A stretch of 64,000 nt of DNA from Anaerosomatales bacterium. Its GTDB lineage: Bacteria > Actinomycetota > Coriobacteriia > Anaerosomatales > SLCP01. The notes beneath the pieces are model-generated. The model was not told the origin of the DNA and did no database searches. It saw nothing but the letters and a program-made list of their open reading frames with translations. Of the stretch, positions 26,745-35,540 are shown piece after piece (positions within the stretch are counted from its first letter, which is position 1; each line of letters starts with the position of its first letter). The DNA is taken from contig JARGFT010000006.1 of NCBI GenBank assembly GCA_029210645.1, positions 25,061-89,060 of the forward strand, given 5' to 3'. Made by a program: the position numbers and the translations under genes.

Positions 26745-26783
26745 GCCCACAGTCTATACCGTCGAGGGATAGGTCTCTGCGCG

Positions 26784-26810
26784 AAGAAGGCCGCACAGGG
26801 CGGCCTTCTT
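26784..26810 (-). terminator. hairpin downstream of rny (11-bp stem)
   Basis: aagaaggccgc / gcggccttctt with a 5-nt loop, 43 nt after the rny stop. Only a short U stretch follows on the minus strand. Confidence 0.55.
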
Positions 26811-26852
26811 GCACATGGCTGGTAGCCACGTCGAATCCTATCAGACGCGGCG

Positions 26853-28382
26853 CTACTTGGCGTAGTCGACCGCGCGGCTCTCTCTGATCACCATGACCTT
26901 GATCTGCCCCGGATACTCGAGCTCTTCCTCGATCTGCTTTGCGATATCGCGGGCAAGAACAACCGAGTCGGTATCGCTGATCCGGTCCGGCTGGACCATC
27001 ACCCTGATCTCGCGTCCCGCCTGCATCGCGTAGCACTTCTCGACACCGGTGTGCGACTGGGCGACGGCCTCGAGCTTCTCGAGACGCTTGACGTAGCTCT
27101 CGAGTGTCTCGCGGCGTGCGCCGGGACGACCCGCGGAGATGGCGTCCGCCGCCTGCACCAGTACGGCCTCTACGGTCGCGGGCTCGACGTCGCCGTGGTG
27201 CGCCTCGATGCAGTGAAGGACGGTCTTAGGCTCGTTCATGCGGCGAGCGAGGTCCGCGCCGATGACCGCGTGCGGCCCCTCGATCTCGTGGTCGATGGCC
27301 TTACCCAGGTCGTGCAGTAACCCTGCCCGCTTCGCGAGTTTGACGTCGACGCCGAGCTCGGCGGCCATGACGCCCGCGAGGTGCGACACTTCGAGCGAGT
27401 GCTTGAGCACGTTCTGCCCGTACGACGTGCGGTAGCGCAGACGCCCGAGCGTTCGAACGAGCTCAGCGTGCAGGCCGTGCACCTCGGCGTCGAAAGCGGC
27501 CTGCTCGCCGGCTTCGTGGATCTGCTGGGTGACCAAGGTCTCGGCCTTGTTGAACATCTCCTCGATGCGGGCCGGGTGGATGCGCCCGTCCTGGATGAGC
27601 GACTCAAGTGCGATGCGTCCGATCTCGCGGCGGACCGGGTCGAAACTCGAGAGGATGACCGCTTCGGGTGTGTCGTCGATGATGAGGTTGATACCCGTGA
27701 GCTGCTCGAACGCGCGGATGTTGCGGCCCTCGCGGCCGATGATCCGCCCCTTCATGTCGTCGGACGGGATGTGGACCACCGATACGGTCGATTCCGCGGT
27801 GTGATCTGCGGCAACGCGCTGGATGGCGATCCCGACGATATTGCGGGCCTTCTTGTCCGCTTCCTCGCGAGCGTAGGTCTCAGCCTCGCGGATGTAGGCT
27901 GCAGCGTCACGCTTGACGTCGTCCTTGACGCGGTCGAGGAGCAGGTTCTTGGCTTCCTCGGTGGTCAGACCGGCGAGTCTCTCGAGTCGTGCACTCTCCT
28001 CGGCGATGAGGTCTTCGAGGTCCTTCTCTCGCTTCGCAATCTGACCCTGAACGCTGGAGAGCTGGTGCTCGCGCTTGTCGAGCCCCTCCGCGCGGCGATC
28101 GATAGACTCCTCGCGCTGGGCGAGTCTGGTCTCAAGTGCACTGAGCTCCTTGCGGCGCTCCTTGGCCTCGGTCTCGGCCTCCTGCTTGAGGCGGAAGGCC
28201 TGGTCCTTGGCCTCGATGACGGCTTCTTTTCTGAGCGTCTCGGCCTGCTTCTCGGCGTCCTGGACGATTCGCTCCGCTGCCTCGCGTGAGCTTGCCGTCC
28301 GGTTCTGGACGAGGAACCTGTTGAGTGCATAGCCGAGGGCGATGCCGACGATGGCGGCGATGATCGCGTAGAGGAGCTCCAC
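26853..28382 (-). CDS. rny: ribonuclease Y
   Basis: N-terminal TM, coiled-coil, KH domain ([15 protein letters not shown]) and HD domain (HSLEV...LLHDLGKA). GTG 28382 is preceded by GGAGG at 7 nt. The ORF track starts at GTG 28412. Confidence 0.93.
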   Translation of the reverse strand: MELLYAIIAAIVGIALGYALNRFLVQNRTASSREAAERIVQDAEKQAETLRKEAVIEAKDQAFRLKQEAETEAKERRKELSALETRLAQREESIDRRAEGLDKREHQLSSVQGQIAKREKDLEDLIAEESARLERLAGLTTEEAKNLLLDRVKDDVKRDAAAYIREAETYAREEADKKARNIVGIAIQRVAADHTAESTVSVVHIPSDDMKGRIIGREGRNIRAFEQLTGINLIIDDTPEAVILSSFDPVRREIGRIALESLIQDGRIHPARIEEMFNKAETLVTQQIHEAGEQAAFDAEVHGLHAELVRTLGRLRYRTSYGQNVLKHSLEVSHLAGVMAAELGVDVKLAKRAGLLHDLGKAIDHEIEGPHAVIGADLARRMNEPKTVLHCIEAHHGDVEPATVEAVLVQAADAISAGRPGARRETLESYVKRLEKLEAVAQSHTGVEKCYAMQAGREIRVMVQPDRISDTDSVVLARDIAKQIEEELEYPGQIKVMVIRESRAVDYAK

Positions 28383-28500
28383 CGTGCGCCCTCCCTTCCC
28401 GTTGCTGGTCACGTCATGTCATAAGCAACCAAGCCGGGTCGGTCCGGGTTCCCGGGTTTCCCCGACGGCGCTATTGGGACAGCTGCCCTCAGGGTTGCCC

Positions 28501-28532
28501 ACAAACACAAAACCGGACGACACGGCGTCCGG
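28501..28532 (-). terminator. intrinsic terminator (7-bp GC stem plus U-rich tail)
   Basis: Minus strand CCGGACG-ccgugu-CGUCCGG followed by UUUUGUGUUUGUGG. Confidence 0.65.
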
Positions 28533-28682
28533 CAGATGTGATGTCACGCTGCTCACGATGCGATATGCCGAGTATGCGCGAACCCGGACGGTGAGTCCGG
28601 AGTCGGTGGTCTGGTGAGTATCGCATGGTGCAAAACCGCCGGCATAGCTACACGCGTATCGCGGCGGAGAATCACATGTGCC
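28501..28682 (-). ncRNA. candidate structured RNA (rny leader/attenuator or stand-alone sRNA); family not recognised
   Basis: Lies between a sigma70-like promoter (28689-28718) and an intrinsic terminator (28501-28532). P1 pairs 28671-28682 with 28531-28542 (11/12), P2 pairs 28636-28641 with 28662-28667, P3 pairs 28558-28565 with 28619-28626, and an apical hairpin spans 28584-28600. The overlapping 100-aa ORF has poor third-position G/C. Confidence 0.5.
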
Positions 28683-28688
28683 ACGCTT

Positions 28689-28718
28689 ATAGTATGTCCC
28701 AGCAGCCGAAAGCGTCAA
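28689..28718 (-). promoter_or_regulatory. putative promoter immediately downstream of recX stop
   Basis: Minus strand TTGACG (28718-28713), 18-nt spacer, TACTAT (28694-28689). Confidence 0.5.
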
Positions 28719-28730
28719 CATCGGCCGAGG

Positions 28731-29369
28731 TCACCTTATGTCCTGCGCGTCCCCTTTGAGACGATCCAGCGCGGCTCGGGCGACTTCGTAGGAGAAGCCG
28801 CGGGAAACCAGGCGCCTCAGCGCTCTGGCCCGGCCCTTTCGGTCGGTGAGGTCGAGAGTCTTCACCGACTCGCACGCTCTCTCGATCTCATTCGACTGAG
28901 GCAGGTGGGCGTCGAGCACCGGACCGGACATGTCGGGGAGAATCCCCTTCTCTGCGAGGCCGGCAGCGATGCGCCTGCGGCCCCACCCCGATGCGCGCTT
29001 GGCTCGTGCGTAATCCTCGGCAAAGCGCGCATCGTCTAGGTACCCGTACTCTGCCAGCTTGGCCAGCACGGATTCGATGACGGGACGGGTATAGCCGTCC
29101 TCGGACAGCCGGTCGGTCAGTTCTGCTGTGGAGCGCTCGCGGTGGCCGAGGATCCGCAGGGCGCGGTTCATCGCAGCCTGCGGCTCGGCGTCCTCGAGAA
29201 GGTTCGCGACCTCTCTCTCTTCGAGGGTGTCGCCGTCCTGAATCGACGCGATGCGCAGCGCATCGATACTGGTGCGGCGGATCTCAAGGCCGTCGATCGA
29301 CAGCGAACGGACCCGGCGGGTACCGCGGGGACTCGTGATCGTGAGCCGACCCGGTGCTTCCTCGGCCAC
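28731..29369 (-). CDS. recX: recombination regulator RecX
   Basis: GTG 29369 lies 7 nt after the recA stop. The C-terminal two thirds are RecX-like three-helix repeats (ALRILGHRERSTAELTDRL...YLDDARFAEDYAR). The ORF track start (29579) is inside recA. Confidence 0.85.
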   Translation of the reverse strand: MAEEAPGRLTITSPRGTRRVRSLSIDGLEIRRTSIDALRIASIQDGDTLEEREVANLLEDAEPQAAMNRALRILGHRERSTAELTDRLSEDGYTRPVIESVLAKLAEYGYLDDARFAEDYARAKRASGWGRRRIAAGLAEKGILPDMSGPVLDAHLPQSNEIERACESVKTLDLTDRKGRARALRRLVSRGFSYEVARAALDRLKGDAQDIR

Positions 29370-29376
29370 CGGTGTG

Positions 29377-30414
29377 TCAGCCTTCGTCGACGATGACCTC
29401 GGCGGTGGGTGCGCTACCGTTGACAGGGAGGCCGAGGCGTTCGCGGACCTTGTACTCGATCTCCTTACGAAGATCGATGTGCTCGCGCAGGAACTCCTTG
29501 GCGGCTTCGCGACCCTGACCGAGGCGTTCATCCCCGTAGGTGTACCACGCGCCCGACTTCGCGACGACGGCCTCTTCAACGCCGAGATCGAGGAGGTTGC
29601 CCTCCTTGGATATCCCCGTGCCGTACATGATGTCGAACTCGGCCAGGCGGAAGGGTGCCGCGACCTTGTTCTTGACCACCTTGGCGCGGACCCTGTTTCC
29701 GACGATGTCGGTCCCCTGCTTGATCGAGTCGATACGGCGGATGTCGATTCGAACCGTCGAGAAGAACTTGAGGGCGCGGCCGCCGGTGGTGGTCTCCGGG
29801 CTACCGAACATGACGCCGATCTTCTCGCGCAGCTGGTTGATGAAGATGCACGTCGTGTCGGACTTGTGGAGCGAACCGGCGAGTTTGCGGAGCGCCTGGC
29901 TCATCAGGCGGGCCTGCAGGCCGACTGACGCGTCACCCATCTCGCCCTCGATCTCGGCGCGGGGTACGAGTGCAGCGACCGAGTCGATGACGATGACGTC
30001 GATGGCGCCGCTGCGCACGAGCATGTCGGCGATCTCGAGGGCCTGCTCCCCGGTGTCGGGCTGGGAGATGAGGATCTCGTCGATGTCGACGCCCAGACGG
30101 GACGCGTAGCTCGGGTCGAGCGCGTGCTCTGCGTCGATGAAGGCCGCGATGCCACCCTCGGCTTGTGCTTCCGCGATTATCTGGAGTGCCAGAGTCGTCT
30201 TGCCGCTGGACTCGGGCCCGAAGATCTCAACGACCCTGCCGCGCGGAACGCCGCCGATGCCCAGTGCGGCATCGAGGGCCAGAGAACCCGTCGGGATGGC
30301 AGCGACCTGAGTGACGGCCGCGTGTTCGCCGAGCTTCATCAGGGAGCCCTTGCCGAACTTGCGCTCGATCTGCTCCTTGGTGACGTCCAACACCTTGTTC
30401 TTCTCGGAATCCAT
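29377..30414 (-). CDS. recA: recombinase RecA
   Basis: ATG 30414 gives [30 protein letters not shown]. Walker [10 protein letters not shown]. 345 aa, no intein. Confidence 0.97.
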   Translation of the reverse strand: MDSEKNKVLDVTKEQIERKFGKGSLMKLGEHAAVTQVAAIPTGSLALDAALGIGGVPRGRVVEIFGPESSGKTTLALQIIAEAQAEGGIAAFIDAEHALDPSYASRLGVDIDEILISQPDTGEQALEIADMLVRSGAIDVIVIDSVAALVPRAEIEGEMGDASVGLQARLMSQALRKLAGSLHKSDTTCIFINQLREKIGVMFGSPETTTGGRALKFFSTVRIDIRRIDSIKQGTDIVGNRVRAKVVKNKVAAPFRLAEFDIMYGTGISKEGNLLDLGVEEAVVAKSGAWYTYGDERLGQGREAAKEFLREHIDLRKEIEYKVRERLGLPVNGSAPTAEVIVDEG

Positions 30415-30470
30415 CGTGTCGCACTCCCTCTTCTCAGCAGCGACTCCCTCGGGGCCGCCCTGAACGTACA

Positions 30471-30484
30471 CGAACACCTGTTCG
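30471..30484. promoter_or_regulatory. LexA (SOS) box upstream of recA, perfect GAAC-N4-GTTC
   Basis: cgaacacctgttcg, 57 nt upstream of the recA ATG and 3 nt downstream of the thpR stop codon. Confidence 0.8.
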
Positions 30485-30487
30485 ATG

Positions 30488-31051
30488 TCAACGATCTGCG
30501 AGCGTGATGTGCGCGATCCGCTCGTAGATGGGTCCGGACCGCGCGAGCACACTCGAGTACAGGGTAACCTCGCGCACTGACAACGAACTGATTCTGCCGG
30601 TCGTGAACGCTCCGTGGCCCGGAAAGGCTTTGGGTCTCCGGGTTCTGACGAGGGTTATGTGCGGAACGAATGGTCGGGATTCCGGCTCGATCCCGAACCT
30701 CACGAGCGTGTCGTCGATGCGTCGTGCGAGCACCGCGCACCTGCCATCAGTATCATCGCAACGCGTCCAGAGCATCCGGGCCCGACCGGGAACCGGGACG
30801 GCCTCGACCGGCTCGGCGACACGGAGCTCGAAGGGGTCCTGAGCTGCGAGGCCCTCGCGTAGCGCGCTGCTGATGTCATCGACCGAAGCCGGGTCGACCT
30901 TTCCGAGGAACTTGAGGGTCAGGTGCAGATTCTCTGCTGGAACCCACTTCTCCGGATGCCACGCGGGTACCCCGGTACGAATCGCCTCGCACAGGGACGC
31001 AAGGTCGGCGCGTACGTCGTCGTCGAGGTCGATGCCGATGAAGACCCGCAT
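30488..31051 (-). CDS. thpR: RNA 2',3'-cyclic phosphodiesterase (2H family, ThpR/LigT)
   Basis: Two HxT motifs, HLTLKFLG and HITLVR. 187 aa. Confidence 0.88.
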   Translation of the reverse strand: MRVFIGIDLDDDVRADLASLCEAIRTGVPAWHPEKWVPAENLHLTLKFLGKVDPASVDDISSALREGLAAQDPFELRVAEPVEAVPVPGRARMLWTRCDDTDGRCAVLARRIDDTLVRFGIEPESRPFVPHITLVRTRRPKAFPGHGAFTTGRISSLSVREVTLYSSVLARSGPIYERIAHITLADR

Positions 31052-31052
31052 G

Positions 31053-32312
31053 TCACGCCGGCCCGGTCTCCGGTGGCGGTAGCGCGCGGCGGAGCAGGTC
31101 GAGTGCGGTCGCCGTCGCCCTCGCCCGCACGATCTCGCGGTCTCCGGAGAAGTGGCAGCGCTCGGAGGTGACGTCGGTACCGGATGCGACGGCGAACCAC
31201 ACGGTCCCGACGGGTTTGGCGGTACTGCCCCCCGCCGGGCCCGCGATGCCGGTCACGGCCAGTGCCACGTCCGCACCGGTCAGCTCGCGCACACCGGAGG
31301 CCATCTCCCGCGCGGTCTCGCCGCTCACGGCGCCGCGGTCGCGTAGCGTCTCCTCCTGCACCCCGAGGAGCTCGCGCTTCATATCGTCGGCGTAGGTCAC
31401 GACCGAACCGAGGAACACCGACGATGCTCCCGGCACGGATGTCAGCGCGGCGGCGATCAGACCGCCGGTGCACGACTCGGCCAGCGAGAGCGTCACTCTC
31501 CGAGACGAGGCACGTTCGATGACGGCCTGCGCGAGCATGGCGCCTGAGGTCGAGTAGCACGCGTCGCCGATTGCTTCGGCGATCTCGCGCGCTGCGAGAT
31601 CGAGTTCGTCAGAGGTGACACCCTCATCGATCAGGACGATGTCGACCAGCGCGGGGCGGGCAAGGACCGTCAGGCCGATCCCCGGGTGCGGCGCGAGGAC
31701 CTTCTGGGCCGTGAGCTGGGCGTCGGACTCTGCGATTCCCACACACCCGATGACCCGGGGTTCTGCCCGGGCTCCGCGTCCGAGCGAGCGGAGTGCTTCT
31801 GCCAGCATCGGGCGCAGTTCGTGAGGCGGACCCGGCAGGAGCACGAGGTGTCCGTGCGCGGTCGGCACCAGCTGTCCCGGAGCGGTGCCCCTCTCGGGCA
31901 TCAGGATACGCGCACCCTCGAGCACGTGTGCCTGGCGGAGGACCTGTGCCGCGGCATCGGGGATCCGGTGCCGGGCGAGGACGGGCTGAAGCCGCGCCTC
32001 GATGACGCTGTCGGTGCCGAGAGGGAGTCCGAGTGCGGCCGCGGCTGCTTGGCGGGTGACGTCGTCGTGGGTCGGGCCCAGGCCGCCGGTGACGACAACG
32101 AGCTCATGGGAGTCGACGAGTGCCGCGATCCGCTCTGCGAGTATCTCGACCTCATCCGGGAGGATCTCGCGCCGGGTCGCGATGTAGCCCGCTGCGGCGA
32201 GCGCCCCTGCCACTTCGGCGCCGTTGGTGTCCACGCGGACTCCGGCGACCAGCTCGGTACCGACCACGATGACGGCGGCTCTCGGGTACGCTCCGGCGGG
32301 AGCAGGTGTCAC
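31053..32312 (-). CDS. cinA: competence/damage-inducible protein CinA (MoCF-binding plus nicotinamide-nucleotide amidase domains)
   Basis: VVTGGLGPTHDDVTRQA in the N-terminal domain. C-terminal PncC-like LSLAESCTGGLIAAALT. Confidence 0.9.
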   Translation of the reverse strand: MTPAPAGAYPRAAVIVVGTELVAGVRVDTNGAEVAGALAAAGYIATRREILPDEVEILAERIAALVDSHELVVVTGGLGPTHDDVTRQAAAAALGLPLGTDSVIEARLQPVLARHRIPDAAAQVLRQAHVLEGARILMPERGTAPGQLVPTAHGHLVLLPGPPHELRPMLAEALRSLGRGARAEPRVIGCVGIAESDAQLTAQKVLAPHPGIGLTVLARPALVDIVLIDEGVTSDELDLAAREIAEAIGDACYSTSGAMLAQAVIERASSRRVTLSLAESCTGGLIAAALTSVPGASSVFLGSVVTYADDMKRELLGVQEETLRDRGAVSGETAREMASGVRELTGADVALAVTGIAGPAGGSTAKPVGTVWFAVASGTDVTSERCHFSGDREIVRARATATALDLLRRALPPPETGPA

Positions 32313-32316
32313 GGGA

Positions 32317-32919
32317 CTACTCGCCTCCCGCCCTCTCCCACGGCCCGGTGATCACATCGCGGGCATGGTAGAAGTAGTCGATCATGGAGAGCACGGTCAG
32401 AGCCACTGCGATAGTCATGAGCAGCCAGGATGCCGAGGACACGAACGACGCGCCCTGCTCTCCGAGGATGCGGGCAACCGGGTCCGAGTCCTTGATGATG
32501 AACGCGACGATGGCAAGTACCTGAAACACCGTCTTGACCTTGCCGTAGGTGGATGCGGCGATGACCTTCCCCTCGGCAATGGCAACCATGCGCAGACCGG
32601 ACACGATGAACTCACGGCTGATGATGACGAGAGCGATCCAGGACGGTAGCGTGCCGAGTTCGACCAGCGCCACCAGTGCCGCGGTGACGAGCAACTTGTC
32701 TGCGAGAGGATCGAGGAACTTCCCGAACGTGGTGACCTCGTTGCGCGTGCGCGCGAGATAGCCGTCGACACCGTCGGTGACGGCCAGCAGGGTGAAGATG
32801 CCCGCCGCCCACACAGGGCCCCAGTCGGGCATGTTGCCGAGAAGTGTGGCGACGAAGACGGGGATGAACACCATTCGCGCGACCGTCACCCGGTTGGCCC
32901 AGTTCATCTGGAGCTTCAC
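32317..32919 (-). CDS. pgsA: CDP-diacylglycerol--glycerol-3-phosphate 3-phosphatidyltransferase
   Basis: CDP-alcohol phosphatidyltransferase motif DGVDGYLAR...GKFLDPLADKLL. GTG 32919 overlaps the rimO stop (GTGA). Confidence 0.9.
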   Translation of the reverse strand: MKLQMNWANRVTVARMVFIPVFVATLLGNMPDWGPVWAAGIFTLLAVTDGVDGYLARTRNEVTTFGKFLDPLADKLLVTAALVALVELGTLPSWIALVIISREFIVSGLRMVAIAEGKVIAASTYGKVKTVFQVLAIVAFIIKDSDPVARILGEQGASFVSSASWLLMTIAVALTVLSMIDYFYHARDVITGPWERAGGE

Positions 32920-34214
32920 GCGACCACCTCGCCTTCGAGGTCATACCCGTACGAGGTATCGATGCGTACCGCGACGATACGCCCGGGATCGACCGGCCGG
33001 TCGAGCATGACATAGCCGTCGACCTCCGGCGCCTGCCCGCCCCATCGGCCTATCGAGACCCCGTCCGGGTCCTCGCCTTCCGACAGCACATCGAGCGTCG
33101 TGCCGACGAGCCGCGCCGCACGTGCGACGCTGACCTCGTCAGCGACCTCGCGTACGCGGTTGGCGCGCTCGAACCGTTCCGCCTCCGGGATCTGGCCGGG
33201 CAGGCCCGCGGCGTCGGTGCCCTCCTCCGGCGAGTACGGGAAGATCCCCACGTAGTCCAGACCTGCCTGGCCGATGAACTCGAGCAGCTCCTCGAACTCG
33301 GCCTCAGTCTCCCCCGGATATCCGGCGATGAAGGTCGAGCGTAGGACGATGTCGGGCATAACGACGCGCAGGCGTGCGATGAGATCGAGGAACGAATCCC
33401 CCGAGCCGCTCCGGTGCATGTCGCGCAACACGCGAGCGGATGCGTGTTGGAGCGGCATGTCCAGGTAGTGCCGAACAGGCTCGAGTGTGGCCATGGTCTC
33501 GACAACTTGTGGCGTGATCGTGTCGGGCTGCACGTACATAAGACGCAGCCAGGCAAGCCCGTCGAGTGGGGCCAGCGCACGGAGCACGTCGGTGATGTCG
33601 CGCGAGCCGGCAAGGTCACGGCCCCACGAGGAGGTGTCCTGCCCGATCAGGACGAGCTCGCGTGCACCGACGGACAGCAGACCTGCTGCCTCGCTCGTCA
33701 GCTCTTCGAGCGAGCGGCTCCGGTAGGGACCGCGAATAGCCGGTATCGTGCAGTAGGCGCACGACCGGAAGCACCCGTCCGAGACCTGCAGGTACTCGGA
33801 GACGCCGCCTCCGGTTCGCGTGCCCGGAGGCGTGACTGCGCCGGGCGACACGCCGGTCAGGCGCTGGAGGACGCGGAGGAGCGCCGGCTCGTCGGCGACA
33901 GGAACGAAGGCGTCGGCCTCGGGCATCGCAGCGGCGAGATCGTCTCCGTAGCGGGAGACCATGCATCCGGCCACCACGAGCGTGCGGCCCGGGCGCTGGT
34001 CGCGCCACTCGGCGAGCTCCAGCGCGATGCCTACCGACTCCTCGACCGCATCGGTGATGAAGCCGCAGGTGTTGAGGACGACGACATCAGCATCGTCCAG
34101 ATCTGCGGCGACCCGGTACTCGGATGCGAGGACCGAGGCCCTCATCCGGTCGGAATCGACTTCGTTCTTGGGGCAGCCGAGGGTGACGAACGCTATCGCG
34201 GGGGCGGTGCCCAT
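32916..34214 (-). CDS. rimO: ribosomal protein S12 methylthiotransferase RimO (radical SAM MTTase)
   Basis: IAFVTLGCPKNEVDSDRM N-terminal domain, radical SAM CFRSCAYC, C-terminal TRAM. Confidence 0.85.
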   Translation of the reverse strand: MGTAPAIAFVTLGCPKNEVDSDRMRASVLASEYRVAADLDDADVVVLNTCGFITDAVEESVGIALELAEWRDQRPGRTLVVAGCMVSRYGDDLAAAMPEADAFVPVADEPALLRVLQRLTGVSPGAVTPPGTRTGGGVSEYLQVSDGCFRSCAYCTIPAIRGPYRSRSLEELTSEAAGLLSVGARELVLIGQDTSSWGRDLAGSRDITDVLRALAPLDGLAWLRLMYVQPDTITPQVVETMATLEPVRHYLDMPLQHASARVLRDMHRSGSGDSFLDLIARLRVVMPDIVLRSTFIAGYPGETEAEFEELLEFIGQAGLDYVGIFPYSPEEGTDAAGLPGQIPEAERFERANRVREVADEVSVARAARLVGTTLDVLSEGEDPDGVSIGRWGGQAPEVDGYVMLDRPVDPGRIVAVRIDTSYGYDLEGEVVA

Positions 34215-34217
34215 GTG

Positions 34218-34715
34218 CTACCGGTAGTTCGTGAACTGGAGGGGGATGCCGTAGTCCTGGTCCTTGAGGAAGGCGATGACCTCCTGTAGCTCGTCGCGTT
34301 TCGGGCTGAAGACACGCAACTTATCGCCTTCTATCTGGACCTTGACCTTGAGCTTCTGGTCACGGATGTCCTTGTTGATGCGGCGCGCGAGTTCCGCTTC
34401 GATGCCGTTGACAATCGCGGCCGTGACCCTGACAGAACCGCCGGAGGCGGCCTCGGGCGCGCCCCAATCCAGTGCCTTCAGGTCGATGCCGCGCCGGACG
34501 AGCTTGGTACCGAGCACGTCTACGACCTGCTTTGCCACGAAATCGGCCGGCGCGGCGACGGTGATGGTCGCAGCGGCCTTGTCCAGCGCGATCGTCGCAC
34601 CGCTGTCCTTGAGGTCGTAGCGCTGCACCAGCTCCTTGGATGCCTGCTGCACCGCGTTGTCGATCTCCTGCATGTCGACGTTGGAGACCACATCGAAGCT
34701 CTGTTCCTTCGCCAT
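34218..34715 (-). CDS. yajQ: YajQ family nucleotide-binding protein (UPF0234)
   Basis: MAKEQSFDVVSNVDMQEIDNAV ... IPLQFTNYR is colinear with E. coli YajQ. Confidence 0.9.
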   Translation of the reverse strand: MAKEQSFDVVSNVDMQEIDNAVQQASKELVQRYDLKDSGATIALDKAAATITVAAPADFVAKQVVDVLGTKLVRRGIDLKALDWGAPEAASGGSVRVTAAIVNGIEAELARRINKDIRDQKLKVKVQIEGDKLRVFSPKRDELQEVIAFLKDQDYGIPLQFTNYR

Positions 34716-34757
34716 GCGAGCTACCTCCTGTGACGGTCGGGGGTCTGTCGGTACCGG

Positions 34758-35540
34758 CTACTGTGCAGCGGACAGTTCGAGAGTCGGGGGATCGCCCGGC
34801 GGGATCTCGACCGGTTCTCCGTCCCGGTAGACGGTGACTGCCGGCGGCCTGCCGATGCGCAGCGAGGCCTCGTCGGCGACCTCCCACTCGGCTGACTGCC
34901 CTCCGGCCATGGTCCCCTCGTATGCCACCAGGCCGTCCACGGTGATCCGGAGCCACGAGGCACTGTCGGTCGCGATTACCACGCGCAGCGTGAACGGGGC
35001 ATCCTGTCCGGGCTGTTGCTCCCCGCTCTCATCCTTGTCAGCAGCCCCGTTGTCCAGTCCGGGGGCCGTCGTGCCCGGAGTCGAAGACTCCACGGTGCCG
35101 GTCTCCTCGGGTATCGAGGGGATGGGAGGCGGAGGCTCCGGACCCTGCAGGGCACGCGAGACACCCCAGACAACCGCGACGATCAGGAGGAGGACCCCGA
35201 TGACGATCAGGCCGGTGCGCAGGGGCAGGTGCTGTGTGGTGCCGCGGGGAGCCACGACCTGTTCCGGTAGCCGGACGGGCTCTTCGCGCACGGCCCGGCC
35301 CGTCTCGGACTCGTAGAGAGCCAAGAGGGGTTCCGGATCGAGTCCGAGGAACTTGGCGTAGGAGATGATGTAGCCCTTGACGTACGCCGGGCTCGGAAGG
35401 GTCTCGTACTCGCCCTTCTCCAGCGCCTGGAGGAGGCGTGCGCGGATGCGGGTGTCGGCCTCGGCCTCGGAGAGTGATCTGCCCGCCGAGCGGCGTGCCT
35501 TCTCGAGAATCTGGCCGAGTGTCTCGCTCACGGAGCTCAC
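34758..35540 (-). CDS. RodZ-like membrane protein (N-terminal HTH, TM, C-terminal DUF4115-like domain)
   Basis: HTH LGQILEKARRSAGRSLSEAEADTRI, PAYVKGYIISYAKFLGL, TM GLIVIGVLLLIVAVVWGV. GTG 35540 overlaps the ftsK stop (GTGA). Confidence 0.75.
   Translation of the reverse strand: MSSVSETLGQILEKARRSAGRSLSEAEADTRIRARLLQALEKGEYETLPSPAYVKGYIISYAKFLGLDPEPLLALYESETGRAVREEPVRLPEQVVAPRGTTQHLPLRTGLIVIGVLLLIVAVVWGVSRALQGPEPPPPIPSIPEETGTVESSTPGTTAPGLDNGAADKDESGEQQPGQDAPFTLRVVIATDSASWLRITVDGLVAYEGTMAGGQSAEWEVADEASLRIGRPPAVTVYRDGEPVEIPPGDPPTLELSAAQ

Noticed and set aside
28501-28682. Identity of the recX-rny RNA as 6S RNA or the actinobacterial 6C RNA.
   Set aside because: In its favour, the 5'/3' closing helix is 6S-like. 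Against it, the interior forms separate hairpins rather than one long irregular duplex with a central bubble. 6C RNA is shorter, with two C-rich loops. The family is therefore left open.
28419-28721. 100-aa minus-strand ORF filling the recX-rny spacer.
   Set aside because: Its third codon positions are far less G/C-biased than every real gene here (many NNT/NNA codons). It has no SD, its start overlaps the predicted promoter, and the region folds into hairpins ending in a terminator. It is treated as non-coding RNA instead.
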